Of a DNA stretch of 55,585 nucleotides, positions 1-8,297 are shown in pieces (position 1 is the stretch's first letter; the number at the start of each line of letters is the position of its first letter). The stretch spans positions 1 through 55,585 of the forward strand of contig DASUGC010000111.1 of assembly GCA_036274235.1 (NCBI GenBank), in the 5' to 3' direction. The stretch is from Vicinamibacterales bacterium. GTDB taxonomy: Bacteria; Acidobacteriota; Vicinamibacteria; Vicinamibacterales; SCN-69-37. The position numbers and the translations under genes are program-made. Under the pieces are notes generated by a model. It was not told where the DNA came from and made no database searches. It saw only the letters and a list, made by a program, of their open reading frames with translations.

Positions 1-546
1 GCTGTCATCGACGACGACGCCGGTGATGACGCCTCCCCTGGGAATCGCAACATTGGCGTGTTCCACCTTGCCGCCCGCGGCGAGCTGGATCGGCGTCCCC
101 GGACGGCCCGGTTTCTTCGCGCCGAATCGCGTGTCGATATAGCTGGGCTTGGAAACGGTAATCGTGTACCGCCCCGCCGGCAACGCTGAGAATGTGTATT
201 CGCCCTGGTTGCCCGTCATCGTCGTGCGTCCGCCGCGCAGTTCCGGTGCGGTCAGATTCACGCGCGCGCGCCGAAGCGGGCCGCCGCCTTCCACCGTGAC
301 GACGCCGCTGATCACGGCCGTCGCGGGCGTCTGATTGGCCTGGCCCGGCTGGCCCGCCTGACCCTGGGCCTGGGGATCGCGAACCGGCGTCTGCCCGCCA
401 CGGCCCGTCTGCGCGCCGCCCGCGCCTCCGGCGCGGCCCTGGCCGCCGGTCGTTGCCTGTGCCATCGCGGTGATGCCGAGGCCGATGCTGATCGCCGCCG
501 CGGTGACTGTGGTCACCAACCGTCCGTATTTCGACTGCATATTCAT
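1..546 (-). CDS. CarboxypepD_reg-like repeat secreted protein, N-terminal part (3' end runs off the window)
   Basis: Absent from the ORF track because there is no stop inside the window. Reverse-strand reading from ATG 546 gives MNMQSKYGRLVTTVTAAAISIGLGITAMAQ (signal peptide). A G/Q/P-rich linker follows, then ISGVVTVEGGGPLRRARVNLTAPELRGGRTTMTGNQGEYTFSALPAGRYTITVSKPSYID. This is the same unit type as the two upstream paralogues. The frame is open to position 1. Confidence 0.75.
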   Translation of the reverse strand, partial: MNMQSKYGRLVTTVTAAAISIGLGITAMAQATTGGQGRAGGAGGAQTGRGGQTPVRDPQAQGQAGQPGQANQTPATAVISGVVTVEGGGPLRRARVNLTAPELRGGRTTMTGNQGEYTFSALPAGRYTITVSKPSYIDTRFGAKKPGRPGTPIQLAAGGKVEHANVAIPRGGVITGVVVDDS

Positions 547-636
547 CTCGTCATCCCCATAGACCTGACTAAGTATGACGTGGTTACGCGGCCCGCCGAG
601 CCTCCGTATCGCGTGAAACTAGTGTGACAGGCGGCG

Positions 637-2250
637 TCACTTCAGCCGCAAGTCAACGGTGGCGCTTTCTCCTTGTGTCAGTGTCACTTGCCGGGATTTC
701 GCCAGCGTCTTAAGAAAAGCCGGATCGCCCAGTTGGCCCGCTGAAAGTGCGGTCACCGTGGACACCGTGTACGACCCGGCCGGCAGGCCGCCGATTTCGT
801 AGAAGCCGGCCGTGTCCGCGCGGGCCAGGCGAATGCGACGCGAGACCTCGGTCCAGTCGCGAGGCGACGTCGACGCCACAATGACGGCCCCGCGGGACGT
901 CGGCTTTCCGGAGGCGTCCCGCACGGTTCCCGACACGCGCGCGGTCCGGGTGAGTTCGATGCGGACGTTCTCGATCGCCGCATCTGGTCCGACTTCGAAC
1001 GGCAGATCTGTGACGTCCTGATCCTTGAGGAACACGGAGGGCGTGTAGTCCGCGCCCCACATCGGCGGCATTTCCGGCGACGGCAGCCAACGGTATCGAC
1101 CTGGCGCGACGTTTGGTATCGCGAAACTCCCGGCGCTGACCGGTCCGCTGTTCGCCGACGCCGCTTCCGGATGGTCGGCGCCCAGCGGTGACACTCCCAC
1201 CGTTCCCCTGACACCCGACGGCGCGACAACCGTGCCGGAAATCCGGCCACCAGGATGGAGGGCAACCGTCGGTGTCGCTTGGCCATTTGCGGTGACACTC
1301 ACCGCAGTTCGCGCCCACGCGCGCACCGTTCCCGGGCGGGCGATCAGGACGTACTTTCCGGCCGGCACGTCGGCGATCGTGAACCGCGCGCCAGGTTCGA
1401 TGCGCGCAGACGTCACGCCGACAAAACCCGCCCCGGCCGCATCTTGCATCAACATGACACTCATGCCCGGCGCGCCTGCGCCAGGCCCGGCAATCGATCC
1501 GGCAATGGTGCCAGTGGGTGAGGGCCTGGTCTTGATGTTCACGTCACTGCGTTGTGCATCAACGCCCACGGTGATCAGACGGGGAGTGGCCGGCGTGCCC
1601 GTTCCGTTTGCGAACGCCACACTGAGCCCGTCGGTGGCACTGACGAAGTACTGCCCGGCTTCCAAACCGATCAGGCGATAGGCGCCGCGATCATCGGTCT
1701 TCGCATTCGCCGCGACCAGGAGCCGGCTGTCGACCGGTGAATGACGGTTGATGGCGCGCACGTCGGCTCCGACGACCGGCTCATTCAGATCGTTGGTCAC
1801 CACGCCCGCGATGGTGCTGCCCCGATGCAGCGCGATCTCCAGTTCGATCGGCGCGCGCCCGGCGTTCACCGCCAGCAGCGTGCCGCCCAGGCCGGGTTCT
1901 TCGCCGAACGACATCGGCCGGTATCCAGCCGCGCCGGCCCTCACGTGATATCGGGCGGCCTTCAGGGCCGGGTAGGTGACAACGCCTCTGGCGTCCGCGC
2001 GACTGCTTCGGACGACGTCGGAACCCTCCTCGGTGATCTCGACGCTCGCATTCGGAATGTGGCGTCCCGTTTCGAACGACGTCACATGAACCGTGATCCG
2101 CAAGGTCGCCTGATCGCGCGCGAACAAGGTTGCGGTTGCCGCGAATAGGACCGCGCCGCACCATCGCACCCAAGCTTTCCCAGTTCCCGTCGTTCGCGTC
2201 GTTCGCGTCGTTCGCGTCGTTCCCGTCGTTTCCGTTGTTTCCTTCGTCAT
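637..2250 (-). CDS. CarboxypepD_reg-like repeat secreted protein
   Basis: 537-aa ORF with repeated units (IAGVVTNDLNEPVVGADVRAINR..TDDRGAYRLIGLEAGQYFVSA; VSGTVRDASGKPTSRGAVIVAS..TAGFYEIGGLPAGSYTVST). ATG 2250 overlaps the upstream stop (ATGA). The first 24 aa (MTKETTETTGTTRTTRTTRTTGTG) are encoded by a 9-bp tandem repeat. In-frame GTG 2169 (VRWCGAVLFAATATLFA, signal-like) is therefore an alternative start. Confidence 0.8.
   Translation of the reverse strand: MTKETTETTGTTRTTRTTRTTGTGKAWVRWCGAVLFAATATLFARDQATLRITVHVTSFETGRHIPNASVEITEEGSDVVRSSRADARGVVTYPALKAARYHVRAGAAGYRPMSFGEEPGLGGTLLAVNAGRAPIELEIALHRGSTIAGVVTNDLNEPVVGADVRAINRHSPVDSRLLVAANAKTDDRGAYRLIGLEAGQYFVSATDGLSVAFANGTGTPATPRLITVGVDAQRSDVNIKTRPSPTGTIAGSIAGPGAGAPGMSVMLMQDAAGAGFVGVTSARIEPGARFTIADVPAGKYVLIARPGTVRAWARTAVSVTANGQATPTVALHPGGRISGTVVAPSGVRGTVGVSPLGADHPEAASANSGPVSAGSFAIPNVAPGRYRWLPSPEMPPMWGADYTPSVFLKDQDVTDLPFEVGPDAAIENVRIELTRTARVSGTVRDASGKPTSRGAVIVASTSPRDWTEVSRRIRLARADTAGFYEIGGLPAGSYTVSTVTALSAGQLGDPAFLKTLAKSRQVTLTQGESATVDLRLK
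2183..2245. repeat. 7 tandem copies of a 9-bp unit GTTC(C/G)CGTC
   Basis: gttcccgtc gttcgcgtc x3 gttcccgtc gtttccgtt gtttccttc. On the minus strand it encodes ETTGTTRTTRTTRTTGTG at the annotated N-terminus of the 637..2250 ORF. Confidence 0.85.
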
Positions 2251-4175
2251 CTCCTCAGCACGCTCTGCCGCAGATTGAGCGACTTGCTCTCCCCCGGCTG
2301 GAGCTCGAACCGGACCGCCAGGGTCCGCAGCGTCGCCACGACGCGTTCGTCCTGCCAGTTCTCCGCCACCGCATCGTCAATCGCCACCGCCAGATACTGT
2401 CCCGGCGGCAGGCCCTTCACCGTGAATACGCCGGCGGTCGAGCTGCGCGTTTCTCTGATCCGATTCGGCGTCCAGACGCTCTCGCCGGTGGGCGCGATCG
2501 GCATGATGATGACGGTGGCTCCGGCGGCCGGCACCGCGCGCGCGTCGCGAACGGTTCCGAGGATCTCGGTGGCATGTGTCGTGATCGTGACGACCACGGG
2601 ATCGCTCCCGTCGAAGACTTCAACCGGATCGTCCAGAGCGTTCTGGCCAGCCGCTTCGATTGACTTCACGAACCAGCCGGCCGGCAGCGCGCCTGCCTGC
2701 ACGTAGTAGCGGCCGGGAATCAGATTCTGGAGATTGAACTCGTGGTTGGCCGTGAGCTGTCGGGCACCTGAGAGACCGGGTCCCGCTGGCGTAATCGTCA
2801 CGGGAATTCTCAACGCGCTGATGTCCGGCAGCTTGCCGTCGGCATCCGGCTCGCCGAAGACGAAGCCGGACAGGCTGACTTCCGGATGCATCTCGATGTC
2901 CGGAACGGTCACGTCCGCATCGCCGACTTTCACTTCCGCCTGCGCCCAGAATCCGACGGCGGTGCCCGGAGACGCATCTGCAGGCTCTTGCACAGTCGGA
3001 TCGCTGCCGGCTTCAAGCCGATAGTCACCCGGCGGTACCCGCCGGAAAGAGAAAGTGCCATCGTCTCGTGTCACTGTTGCCGCGGCGTCGTCAGTACGAT
3101 CGGAATCGAAGGCCGGTACAAGCCTGACGAACTGATTGGCGACCGCTGCCGGATCGCCCGTCAAGCGGCCGGACACGCTGTAGACGGGCACCGGAGTCAT
3201 ACGAAAATCAACGGCGTACCTGACCTCCCCGGCACCGAGCACGATTGGAAGCGCGAGCAGTTGCCGCTCCGTTGCCGGATAGAACTGCGTCACGTATCCG
3301 ATGTCCTGATCGTCCGCATCCGGGGGCACGATGGCTGCGCTCCAGATGAGATCGCGGCCGTCGGTGGTCACGCGCATCGTTTGCCCAGCGGCGAGCGGCT
3401 GGCCGTCTTCGCGGCCCGGCAGTGTGCCGGCCAGTCGCGAGAGGCCGGCGCTGATGCGGATGTCGTGCGCGGTCATGTCCAGCGCCGCCATCGGCGCGGA
3501 ATATGACGCCGCCGGAACAGAGACGATGTACTCGCCCGGGACGAGATCAAAAATGCGATAGAAACCTTGATCGTCGGTTTCTTCGACGCCGGCGGGGACA
3601 TAACGCCAGCGGCCGTTGTCGAACATCCTCCGCATGGCGACCACGCGCACGCCGATGAGCGGATCGCCGCTGTCATCGGTCACGAGTCCGGTGATCGCCG
3701 CCGATCGAAACATCTCGATCCGCATGTCGGCGATGCCCTCACCCGCATGCAGCGACACCGGCAAGGGGACGCCGCCGGGGCGGCGTTTCCCGTACGCGCC
3801 ATCGGAGTACCCGGGCTTCTGGACGATGACGATGGCTTCGCCGGGAGGAATCTGCGTAAAGAGAAAGCGTCCTTTGTCGTCGGCGATGACCGCATCCTGG
3901 ATCGATTCGCCGATGAGATGAACGACCGCTCGCGGCAGCGCGCGGCCGTGGCCGTCCACGACCTGACCGACGACGACCGCGCTGTCGGAAGCGAGCGGCG
4001 CGCCCTCGGGCCGCGGCACCACGGTGCGCACCGGTGCGACGCCGCTGGTGGCCGGCGGCGAAGAAGCCGGCGGCGTGGGTGGCGGGGGAGGGGTGGCCTG
4101 TTGAGCCGAGCCGGCGGCCGCGGCCATGGCGAGGATGACCCCCGAGAATGCGGCCCGTGCTGCCCTGCCACGCAT
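2247..4175 (-). CDS. CarboxypepD_reg-like repeat secreted protein
   Basis: 642-aa ORF with signal peptide MRGRAARAAFSGVILAMAAAAGSAQQ and a Pro-rich linker. Repeated units follow (VVGQVVDGHGRALPRAVVHLIG..DDKGRFLFTQIPPGEAIVIVQKPGY; ITGLVTDDSGDPLIGVRVVAM..DDQGFYRIFDLVPGEYIVSV; ILGTVRDARAVPAAGATVIIM..TAGVFTVKGLPPGQYLAVA). Confidence 0.85.
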   Translation of the reverse strand: MRGRAARAAFSGVILAMAAAAGSAQQATPPPPPTPPASSPPATSGVAPVRTVVPRPEGAPLASDSAVVVGQVVDGHGRALPRAVVHLIGESIQDAVIADDKGRFLFTQIPPGEAIVIVQKPGYSDGAYGKRRPGGVPLPVSLHAGEGIADMRIEMFRSAAITGLVTDDSGDPLIGVRVVAMRRMFDNGRWRYVPAGVEETDDQGFYRIFDLVPGEYIVSVPAASYSAPMAALDMTAHDIRISAGLSRLAGTLPGREDGQPLAAGQTMRVTTDGRDLIWSAAIVPPDADDQDIGYVTQFYPATERQLLALPIVLGAGEVRYAVDFRMTPVPVYSVSGRLTGDPAAVANQFVRLVPAFDSDRTDDAAATVTRDDGTFSFRRVPPGDYRLEAGSDPTVQEPADASPGTAVGFWAQAEVKVGDADVTVPDIEMHPEVSLSGFVFGEPDADGKLPDISALRIPVTITPAGPGLSGARQLTANHEFNLQNLIPGRYYVQAGALPAGWFVKSIEAAGQNALDDPVEVFDGSDPVVVTITTHATEILGTVRDARAVPAAGATVIIMPIAPTGESVWTPNRIRETRSSTAGVFTVKGLPPGQYLAVAIDDAVAENWQDERVVATLRTLAVRFELQPGESKSLNLRQSVLRR

Positions 4176-4234
4176 GGGAGTTAGGACGGCGGCCGGAGAT
4201 GGTTGGATGGATCGGCCACCGTTGGCCTCCTGAA

Positions 4235-5020
4235 TTAGAGAATCGCGATCGTCGCGACGCCGAATCCAATCAGCGCCAGCTGCCGCACGGCGTTGCGATC
4301 CAGCGTGCCGCGATGCAGCGTGGGGATCAGATCGGCCATCGCCACGTACAGAAAATTGCCGGCCGCAAAGGCGAGGATGTACGGGAGCGCGTGCGGCGCG
4401 TGCTCGCCGAACAGGAGCATGGCGCCGGCGCCGAGCAGGCCGCCGATGGCCGACGTGAGATTGAGCAGCAGCGCGCGCGCGCGTGAGTGTCCGGCTGCAA
4501 GCAGGATGGCGAAGTCGCCGGCCTCCTGCGGAATCTCGTGGGCCGCCACGGCGAGCGCCGTGGTCAGGCCCAGCGGCAACGACACGAGAACGGCGGCGGC
4601 GATGACCACGCCGTCGACGAACGTGTGCACGGCATCGCCCACGATGACGAGCGTGACGGTGGACTTATGGACATCGCACTCATGATCGTCGTGCGAGTGG
4701 CGCCACAAGACGAGTTTTTCCAGCACGAAGAACGTCATGATGCCCGCGAGGAGCGAGCCAAAGACCCGTGGAGGCGGCAAAGACGCGAGCGCTTGCGGTG
4801 TCAGCGCGAGCAACGCGGCGCCCAGCAGCGTGCCGACGGCATACGAAACGAGCCAGGGCACCACGCGATCGCGGATGGGCTGACTGACAACGAGGAGAAT
4901 CGACGCGGTCAGAAGCCCGCCGACGCTGCCGGCCACGGCCAGGGCCAGCGCGTCTATCCAAATCGGCACGGGTAGAGTATAGGGGACTGCTTCCGGCCAC
5001 TGACAACTGACAACTAACAA
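4235..5020 (-). CDS. ZIP-family divalent metal (Zn/Fe) transporter
   Basis: Polytopic 261-aa ORF with the ZIP signature HEIPQEAGDFAILL and a His-rich loop HSHDDHECDVH. The track start is TTG 5020. In-frame GTG 4969 is an alternative start. Confidence 0.85.
   Translation of the reverse strand: MLVVSCQWPEAVPYTLPVPIWIDALALAVAGSVGGLLTASILLVVSQPIRDRVVPWLVSYAVGTLLGAALLALTPQALASLPPPRVFGSLLAGIMTFFVLEKLVLWRHSHDDHECDVHKSTVTLVIVGDAVHTFVDGVVIAAAVLVSLPLGLTTALAVAAHEIPQEAGDFAILLAAGHSRARALLLNLTSAIGGLLGAGAMLLFGEHAPHALPYILAFAAGNFLYVAMADLIPTLHRGTLDRNAVRQLALIGFGVATIAIL
5000..5020. repeat. three tandem heptamers CTGACAA CTGACAA CTAACAA
   Basis: They sit at the 5' end of the ZIP transporter ORF as annotated from TTG 5020. 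If GTG 4969 is the real start, they lie in its leader. Confidence 0.7.
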
Positions 5021-5075
5021 TCAAAAACCGGGGGCCGCGCACTGCCGCGAGTTTTCTGACTCTATACTCTGGCGC

Positions 5076-5834
5076 ATGGAACGCATTGCGATTGTCACGG
5101 GAGCCTCATCAGGAATCGGACATGCCGTGGCGACGCGGCTGTCGCGCGATGGTTTTGCCGTGCTGGCGGTCGGCCGGGATCAGGGGGCGCTCGACCGGCT
5201 CTGTCGTGACATCTCGCTGTCCGGTGCCCGCGCGGAAGCGTGCGCGGCGGACGTCACCGCCGCCGACGGGCCGCGCGCAATCGTGACGGCAGCCGTGGAA
5301 CGGCTGGGCGGGATCGACGCGTTGGTCAACGCGGCCGGCGTCATTGCATCGGGCAGCGTGGCGGATACGACAGACGAGGGGTGGGACGCCATGATGGATG
5401 TCAACGTCCGCTCGCCGTTCCGGTTGATCCGGGAAGCATCGGCGTCGCTGATCGAGCGCCGCGGAGCCGTGGTGAACGTATCCAGCGTCGCGGGGCTGCG
5501 CGCGTTTCCCGGTATCGCCTCCTATGCCGTCAGCAAGGCCGCGGTCGATCAGCTCACACGCGTCGCGGCGCTCGATTTCGCGCCCAGTGGCGTCCGCGTC
5601 AACGCCGTGAATCCGGGCGTCGTCATCACGAACCTCCATCGCCGCGGCGGCATGGACGCCGCCAAGTACGCGGACTTCCTGGAACGCTCCAAGTCCACAC
5701 ACCCGCTGGGCCGCCCCGGGCAGCCCGAGGAGATCGCGGATCTGATCGCGTTTCTCGTTTCGCCGAGAGCCGGGTGGATCACGGGGGAAACGATCGCGAT
5801 CGATGGGGGAAGACACCTGACGTGTCTGAGGTAG
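5076..5834 (+). CDS. short-chain dehydrogenase/reductase (SDR) family oxidoreductase
   Basis: 252 aa with Rossmann motif TGASSGIGHAVA, NAAG, and catalytic Y-x3-K in YAVSKAAV. Confidence 0.9.
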   Translation: MERIAIVTGASSGIGHAVATRLSRDGFAVLAVGRDQGALDRLCRDISLSGARAEACAADVTAADGPRAIVTAAVERLGGIDALVNAAGVIASGSVADTTDEGWDAMMDVNVRSPFRLIREASASLIERRGAVVNVSSVAGLRAFPGIASYAVSKAAVDQLTRVAALDFAPSGVRVNAVNPGVVITNLHRRGGMDAAKYADFLERSKSTHPLGRPGQPEEIADLIAFLVSPRAGWITGETIAIDGGRHLTCLR

Positions 5835-5873
5835 GACCCTTGTCTCACAGGTAGACGTGTGATTACTCCACGC

Positions 5874-5891
5874 CCCACGGCCACCCGTGGG
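5874..5891. terminator. hairpin between convergent genes (CCCACGG-ccac-CCGTGGG)
   Basis: A 7-bp perfect stem lies between the SDR stop (5834) and the methyltransferase-like stop (5906). Flanking GGACCCTTGTC / GACAAGCGGTCC can extend the stem. There is no clear U-tract. Confidence 0.4.
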
Positions 5892-5905
5892 ACAAGCGGT
5901 CCTGG

Positions 5906-6451
5906 CTAGTCGCGTGCTTTTCTCGCCTCGAAGTACGTCACGCCTTCCGACACCGCCAGCCTCCGCGCCGCGACGAGGCCCGCCCGAATCAGGAGATTGA
6001 CGACACTATCGCTCTCCGGAGGTGGCGGCGGATTGAGCGAGCCGAACACCCCGCGCGCCGTCTCGCCGAACATCAGGATGATGCGGCCTCCCGGTTGCAG
6101 GACTCGTGTGGCCTCGCCGAGCGTGGACGTCGTTTCTGTCGATCCCATCGCCAGGTTGTGAATCACCACGATTTTGAACGTGGACGCGGCGAATGGCAGT
6201 TCCGTCAATGGCGCGTCCACGAATTCGACGATGGCGCCGGCCTTGGCGGCGGCCTGGTCCGCGCGCGCTGCGTCATCCTCGCCGCGGCCCACGACGACGG
6301 TGCGGCCGTTGAGGCGCGTAATCGTGCCGCTTTCAGCGGCGACGGAGGCGTCGCGCGCGCCCAGGAACAGCACGTGATCGCTGGCGCGCGCCCCAATCAT
6401 CGCCAGCGCCGTGCCCGGCCGCGCCGCCTCGCGCCGGAACCACCCAAACAT
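5906..6451 (-). CDS. putative class-I SAM-dependent methyltransferase-like protein
   Basis: The track ORF (to 6760) overlaps ino1 on the opposite strand, so I trimmed it to ATG 6451 (MFGWFRREAARPG...). The body has an MTase-like layout (VLFLGARD.., VIHNLAM.., LGEATRVLQPGGRIILMF). The SAM-binding glycine motif is degenerate, so the function is tentative. Confidence 0.5.
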   Translation of the reverse strand: MFGWFRREAARPGTALAMIGARASDHVLFLGARDASVAAESGTITRLNGRTVVVGRGEDDAARADQAAAKAGAIVEFVDAPLTELPFAASTFKIVVIHNLAMGSTETTSTLGEATRVLQPGGRIILMFGETARGVFGSLNPPPPPESDSVVNLLIRAGLVAARRLAVSEGVTYFEARKARD

Positions 6452-6475
6452 GAGCGAATGATATAGTTTTGCGCC

Positions 6476-7789
6476 GTGACGCAGGGTACAACCATTCGAT
6501 CGGCCGAGGGCAGACTCGGCGTTCTTCTCGTCGGTCTCGGGGCGGTCAGCACAACGACAATCGCAGGAATCCTGGCGGTCCGGAAGGGGCTCGCCAAGCC
6601 CATCGGGTCGCTCACCGAGATGGGCACCATCCGGCTCGGCAAACGCACCGAGGGCCGGTCGCCGTCCATCCGTGAGTTCGTGCCGCTGGCGCGGTACGAC
6701 CAGATGGTCTTCGGCGGCTGGGACATTTTTGAGGACAACTGCTACGAATCCGCCAAACATGCCGGCGTGCTCGAGGACAAATTACTCGACCAGGTGAAAG
6801 GCGAACTGTCGGCCATCAAGCCGATGTCAGCCGTCTTCGATCGCCAGTACGTCAAGCGCCTCGATGGTCCGAACGTCAAGAAAGGCAGGAACAAGAAGGA
6901 TCTTGCCGAGCAGCTGATCGCCGACATCCGCAAGTTCAAGGCCGACAACGGATGCGATCGCCTCGTCCTGCTCTGGGTGGGCAGCACGGAGATCTTCATG
7001 ACCGAGGCCCCGTGCCACAAGTCGCTGGCGGCCTTCGAGAAGGGGCTTGAAGCGAACGATCCGATGATCTCGTCGAGCCTCATCTATGCCTACGCCGCGA
7101 TCAAGGAAGGCATTCCTTACGCGAATGCGGCGCCAAACCTGAGCGCGGAGATTCCGGCGCTGCAGGAGCTGGCGCAGAAGACCGGATCGCCCGTCTGCGG
7201 CAACGACATGAAGACCGGCCAGACGCTGATCAAGACGATCATCGCGCCGGGGCTCAAGGCCCGCATGATCGGCGTGCGCGGCTGGTACTCCACGAACATC
7301 CTGGGCAACCGCGACGGCGAAGTGCTGGACGATCCCGAATCGTTCAAGACCAAGGAAGAGAGCAAGAAGGGCGCCCTCGACTACATCTTCCAGCCGCAGC
7401 TCTACCCCGATCTCTACAAGGACATTTCACACGTCGTCCGCATCAACTACTATCCGCCGCGCGGCGACAACAAAGAGGGCTGGGACAACATCGACATCTT
7501 CGGCTGGCTCGGCTATCCCATGCAGCTGAAGATCAATTTCCTCTGCCGGGACAGCATCCTGGCCGCGCCGATCGTCGCCGACGTCGCGCTGTTCCTGGAT
7601 CTGGCGCAGCGCACGGGCATGTCGGGCATCCAGGAATGGCTCTCGTTCTATTTCAAGAGCCCGATGCACGCGCCCGGCCTGTACCCGGAACATGACCTGT
7701 TCATTCAGCTGATGAAACTGAAGAACACGCTCCGCTACATGCGCGGCGAAGAGCTCATCACACACCTGGGTCGCGAGTACTACGACTGA
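6476..7789 (+). CDS. ino1: inositol-3-phosphate (myo-inositol-1-phosphate) synthase
   Basis: 437 aa with a GTG start and N-terminal NAD fold GVLLVGLGAVSTTTIAG. Conserved blocks include YANAAPNLSAEIP, GNDMKTGQTLIKT and RGWYSTNILGNRDG, typical of the bacterial/archaeal MIPS family. Confidence 0.88.
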   Translation: MTQGTTIRSAEGRLGVLLVGLGAVSTTTIAGILAVRKGLAKPIGSLTEMGTIRLGKRTEGRSPSIREFVPLARYDQMVFGGWDIFEDNCYESAKHAGVLEDKLLDQVKGELSAIKPMSAVFDRQYVKRLDGPNVKKGRNKKDLAEQLIADIRKFKADNGCDRLVLLWVGSTEIFMTEAPCHKSLAAFEKGLEANDPMISSSLIYAYAAIKEGIPYANAAPNLSAEIPALQELAQKTGSPVCGNDMKTGQTLIKTIIAPGLKARMIGVRGWYSTNILGNRDGEVLDDPESFKTKEESKKGALDYIFQPQLYPDLYKDISHVVRINYYPPRGDNKEGWDNIDIFGWLGYPMQLKINFLCRDSILAAPIVADVALFLDLAQRTGMSGIQEWLSFYFKSPMHAPGLYPEHDLFIQLMKLKNTLRYMRGEELITHLGREYYD

Positions 7790-7814
7790 ACCCCTTCGTT
7801 CACTGAGGCTTCCC

Positions 7815-8285
7815 ATGGGCAAATATCAGCCGGCAATCCTCGGAGGCTTGTTCATCGGCGTGCTGTCGTCGCTGCCGGTGGTGAATATCTGCTGCTGCCT
7901 GTGGATGGTCGCCGGCGGCGTGCTCGTCACATACCTCCTTCAGCAGGCGAAACCGGAGCCCGTGGAAACGGGTGACGCGGCCATCGCGGGCTTGATCGCC
8001 GGCCTGATCGGCGCGGTGATTTTTTGCGCCGCCACCGCGATCATGACGGCCATGAGCGGCACGGTCATGCAGGAGAGCATCCGCCAGTCGCTGGAGCAGA
8101 ACAGCCAGATCCCGCCGGAGACGCGTGACAAGATGATCCAGTGGTTTACTGGCAAGAACATCGCGATCATCTTCGCGGTCGTGACAATCCCGATGTTCGC
8201 GGTGTTCTCCATGCTGGGCTCGCTCCTCGGGCTCGCGTTCTTCCGGAAGAAGACGCCGCCCGCGGTGCCGCCGATGCAGGGGTAG
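7815..8285 (+). CDS. small integral membrane protein, unknown function
   Basis: 156 aa with four predicted hydrophobic helices (ILGGLFIGVLSSLPVV.., WMVAGGVLVTYLL, IAGLIAGLIGAVIFCAATAIMTA, IAIIFAVVTIPMFAVFSMLGSLLGLAFF). Third-position GC bias matches the neighbouring genes. Confidence 0.6.
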   Translation: MGKYQPAILGGLFIGVLSSLPVVNICCCLWMVAGGVLVTYLLQQAKPEPVETGDAAIAGLIAGLIGAVIFCAATAIMTAMSGTVMQESIRQSLEQNSQIPPETRDKMIQWFTGKNIAIIFAVVTIPMFAVFSMLGSLLGLAFFRKKTPPAVPPMQG

Positions 8286-8297
8286 GACGGGATTTCG

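Noticed and set aside
149-334. 61-aa plus-strand ORF at the left edge, and many other 60-200-aa ORFs in the track
   Set aside because: They are embedded antisense or out of frame within longer ORFs that have recognisable domains, here the truncated CarboxypepD_reg gene at 1..546. They have no RBS or motif support.
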